From NCBI RefSeq assembly GCF_900289195.1, contig NZ_OMOH01000010.1, positions 1 to 32,000 on the forward strand: a stretch of 32,000 nucleotides of DNA. The letters are read 5' to 3'. Position 1 is the first letter of the stretch, and every line of letters starts with the position of its first letter. A model generated the notes under the pieces. That model ran no database searches, was not told where the DNA came from, and worked only from the letters and a program-made list of their open reading frames with translations. The stretch is from Propionibacterium ruminifibrarum (GTDB taxonomy: Bacteria > Actinomycetota > Actinomycetes > Propionibacteriales > Propionibacteriaceae). The position numbers and the translations under genes are program-made. Below are positions 30,099 to 32,000 of this stretch, one piece after another.

Positions 30099-30130
30099 CC
30101 CCTAGTCAGACCCAATCGACTAGGGGTTTT
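30099..30130 (+). terminator. Intrinsic terminator of tRNA-Leu
   Basis: The sequence is CCCCTAGTC-(10-nt loop)-GACTAGGGG followed by TTTT. Confidence 0.7.
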
Positions 30131-30960
30131 ACTGTTCTCGGTGTACTGCCGGACCATGTCGAATCGAGCCACATCGCGCCATGTTCGACGCATGGTCGGT
30201 GCACGCCGCAGCCCACAGCCCGGCCTCACGAGTCCACACCGATCCAGACCTGAGTCACCCACACCACACCGGAGCGACAGAACCGATCATGCGGGACACC
30301 CCGGAGCGTCGCGATCACGTCGCCGGCGGACGCCCCGGCTTGCGGGTGATCCGGTCCGTCATCGTGTCGATGCCATCCATCGGGAGGATCCGGTCGAGCC
30401 GTGCCTTCACTCGCTCACGCCACTACGCCGGGGCATCATGCTGCCCTCCCTCTCCACTCGGTCCTCCGCCGAGCAGCCCTGCCAGCCCAGGACACATGCT
30501 CGTCGCCGTCCCCGATCTGCGACTGCAGTGGCGCATGCTCTCTCCCGAGAACCGCCGCCGGCCGATCCGGCCGATGCGACCTTGGCACCAACGATGCGCC
30601 GCCGGCCGCGCTGCCAGGGACACCCGCAGCCAGGGCACACCAGCCGGCCGTCACGGACCTCACCGAACACCCGCCCCGTGACGCCTTCCCGCGCCAGACC
30701 CCGGCAAAGCTGTGAAGGTACTCACAGCATTCCCCTACTGGATCACCCTGTCCCCAAGGCTGCTCACAGAAAATTTATCACGAATAATTTCGGCCTAACC
30801 CCCTTGACGCCGAATATTTTTTTGATCCAATTGGGGAACAACCCTGATTCTCGAGAGATTTACCCTTATTGAACCCTAGGACTTGCAGGATCGACTGGTT
30901 TTCACTCAGAGGATCGTCTACACTGTTTTCTGTGGTTTTCGTTAGAAAGCCGCAACCTGA

Positions 30961-31174
30961 AGCTGTGAACGGTGCTTGGCATTGTGCCACCCACCCCCAT
31001 ATCCGCCGCGCATGGGTCTGAGAGGAACCGGCGCCCGGCAGATCGTCGCAGTGCTGGTCGGTGACACCCCCGCCGTCAGCACCACCCCTCGGCGAGAGGT
31101 CGGGATCCTCCAGAGGCCCACCCCCAGCGGCGGATTGGCCAGGCCCACCCCCATGCCGAGCACTGTTCACAGCT
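30961..31174 (+). ncRNA. Candidate structured RNA: 214-nt rod-like inverted-repeat element with C-rich internal loops (alternative interpretation: MITE)
   Basis: A 22-bp closing stem pairs 30961-30982 with 31153-31174 (20 Watson-Crick pairs plus 2 G-U, valid only on the plus strand). Next comes an 18 x 17-nt internal loop, then a 9-bp stem pairing 31001-31009 with 31127-31135, then further helices. The motif CCCACCCCCA occurs three times. Confidence 0.35.
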
Positions 31175-31317
31175 GGGCCTCCCCGCGCACCCCCAGGCGG
31201 GTTGAGGACGTCCGGCCCGGGTCGCGCACATGGTGCGGGCCCGGGCCGACTGGCTCCAGCGGCTAGGCTGGGACGGCGCCCGGCCAGCTCCATGGCACCC
31301 CGATCGCAAAGGAATCC

Positions 31318-32000
31318 ATGAACCTTCTTCACGCAATCCTTCTCGGCATCGTCGAGGGCATCACCGAGTTCCTGCCCGTATCCAGCACCGGTCACCTTCG
31401 CATCGTGGAGAAGCTGCTCGGCTATGACATCCAAGGTGTCGGCATCACCGCCTTCACCGCCATCATCCAGGTCGGTGCGATCCTCGCGGCGATCATCTAC
31501 TTCTGGAAGGACATCGTCCGCATCATCGCCGCGTGGTTCCGTGGTCTCACCCACAAGGAGAGTCGCGAGGATCCCGATTACACGCTCGGCTGGGGCATCA
31601 TCATCGGCTCCATCCCCGTCGCCGTCGTCGGGCTGCTGTTCAAGGACTTCATCGAGGGGGCCCTGAGCTCGCTGTGGGTCATCGCGGCGGCTCTGCTGCT
31701 GTGGAGCATCGCCATGGCCGCGGCCGACCGGCGCAAGGACCTGACCCGCGAGATGAAGGACGTCGGCATCAAGGATGCTCTCGTCATCGGCCTGTTCCAG
31801 GCCCTCGCACCCCTGTTCCCCGGCATCTCCCGTTCGGGGGCGACGATCTCCGCGGGCCTCTTCCGCGGATACACCCGCGAGACGGCCACCCGCCTGTCGT
31901 TCTACATGGGCATCCCGGCTCTCGTGGCCGCCGGCATCTACGAAGCCATCACCGCGGCCTCCGACATCACGACGGCCAGCCCAGGCGGCACGGCCATCGG
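31318..32000 (+). CDS. uppP: Undecaprenyl-diphosphate phosphatase (UppP/BacA), 5' partial; continues beyond the right edge
   Basis: I translated this by hand from the ATG at 31318, which is preceded by AAAGGAA. The product is MNLLHAILLGIVEGITEFLPVSSTGHLRIVEKLLGY...PGISRSGATISAGL.... It is absent from the ORF track because there is no stop codon inside the window. Confidence 0.9.
   Translation, partial: MNLLHAILLGIVEGITEFLPVSSTGHLRIVEKLLGYDIQGVGITAFTAIIQVGAILAAIIYFWKDIVRIIAAWFRGLTHKESREDPDYTLGWGIIIGSIPVAVVGLLFKDFIEGALSSLWVIAAALLLWSIAMAAADRRKDLTREMKDVGIKDALVIGLFQALAPLFPGISRSGATISAGLFRGYTRETATRLSFYMGIPALVAAGIYEAITAASDITTASPGGTAI

Noticed and set aside
30039-30872. 277-aa plus-strand ORF downstream of and overlapping tRNA-Leu.
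   Set aside because: It starts inside the tRNA, crosses the tRNA terminator and runs into the AT-rich island. The translation is Pro/Arg/Ser/Thr-rich with poor third-position G/C bias, and all other frames are equally open.
30830-30885. A cluster of 6-8-bp palindromes (CCAATTGG, CTCGAG, CCTAGG) that looks like engineered restriction sites.
   Set aside because: Short palindromes are expected by chance in a locally AT-richer stretch. The sites are not contiguous like a polylinker, and no vector-like sequence flanks them.
30778-31554. 258-aa minus-strand ORF.
   Set aside because: Its 5' half is antisense to uppP, which has canonical UppP motifs on the plus strand. Its 3' half crosses the structured element and the AT-rich island, and it has no domain signature.

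Overview
This is a high-GC actinobacterial core-chromosome window, roughly two-thirds G+C by eye. It holds about 29 protein genes, only 5 of them on the plus strand, plus one tRNA, one riboswitch, and the promoter and leader of an rRNA operon whose 16S gene starts just beyond the left edge.

Gene order, left to right:
- rrn leader and promoter (-)
- tyrS (-)
- argH, argR, argD, argB, argJ, argC (-). argCJBDR are chained by 4-nt stop/start overlaps, and there is no argF or argG.
- A divergent class-I aminotransferase (+), with tandem ARG-box-like sites in the shared intergenic region.
- A six-gene minus-strand operon headed by a cobalamin riboswitch: two Opp/Dpp/Nik-type permeases, a Tat-lipoprotein family-5 binding protein, two ATPases, and a MATE transporter that overlaps the last ATPase stop codon.
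- pheT-pheS, a possible 40-aa membrane peptide, a TrmH/SpoU methyltransferase, and rplT-rpmI-infC (-). infC uses a non-AUG start.
- A small membrane protein (+), hisG-hisE (-), an FtsH-type protease (+), mshC (-), an aldo/keto reductase (+), and a small basic conserved protein (-).
- tRNA-Leu(GAG) (+), then about 1.2 kb without convincing genes, then the 5' part of uppP (+), which is missing from the ORF track because it runs off the edge.

The most interesting items:
1. A 214-nt rod-like inverted-repeat element with C-rich internal loops. Its two arm mismatches are G-U compatible only on the plus strand. It sits downstream of an AT-rich island and upstream of uppP, and may be a new structured RNA or a MITE.
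2. The cobalamin riboswitch controlling a peptide/nickel-type ABC importer plus a coupled MATE gene.
3. A long infC leader ending in a terminator-like perfect palindrome, which is a candidate attenuator.
4. Recurrent leaderless-mRNA geometry at several housekeeping genes.

Most long ORFs in the six-frame track are antisense or out-of-frame shadows of these genes, as is typical of high-GC DNA.
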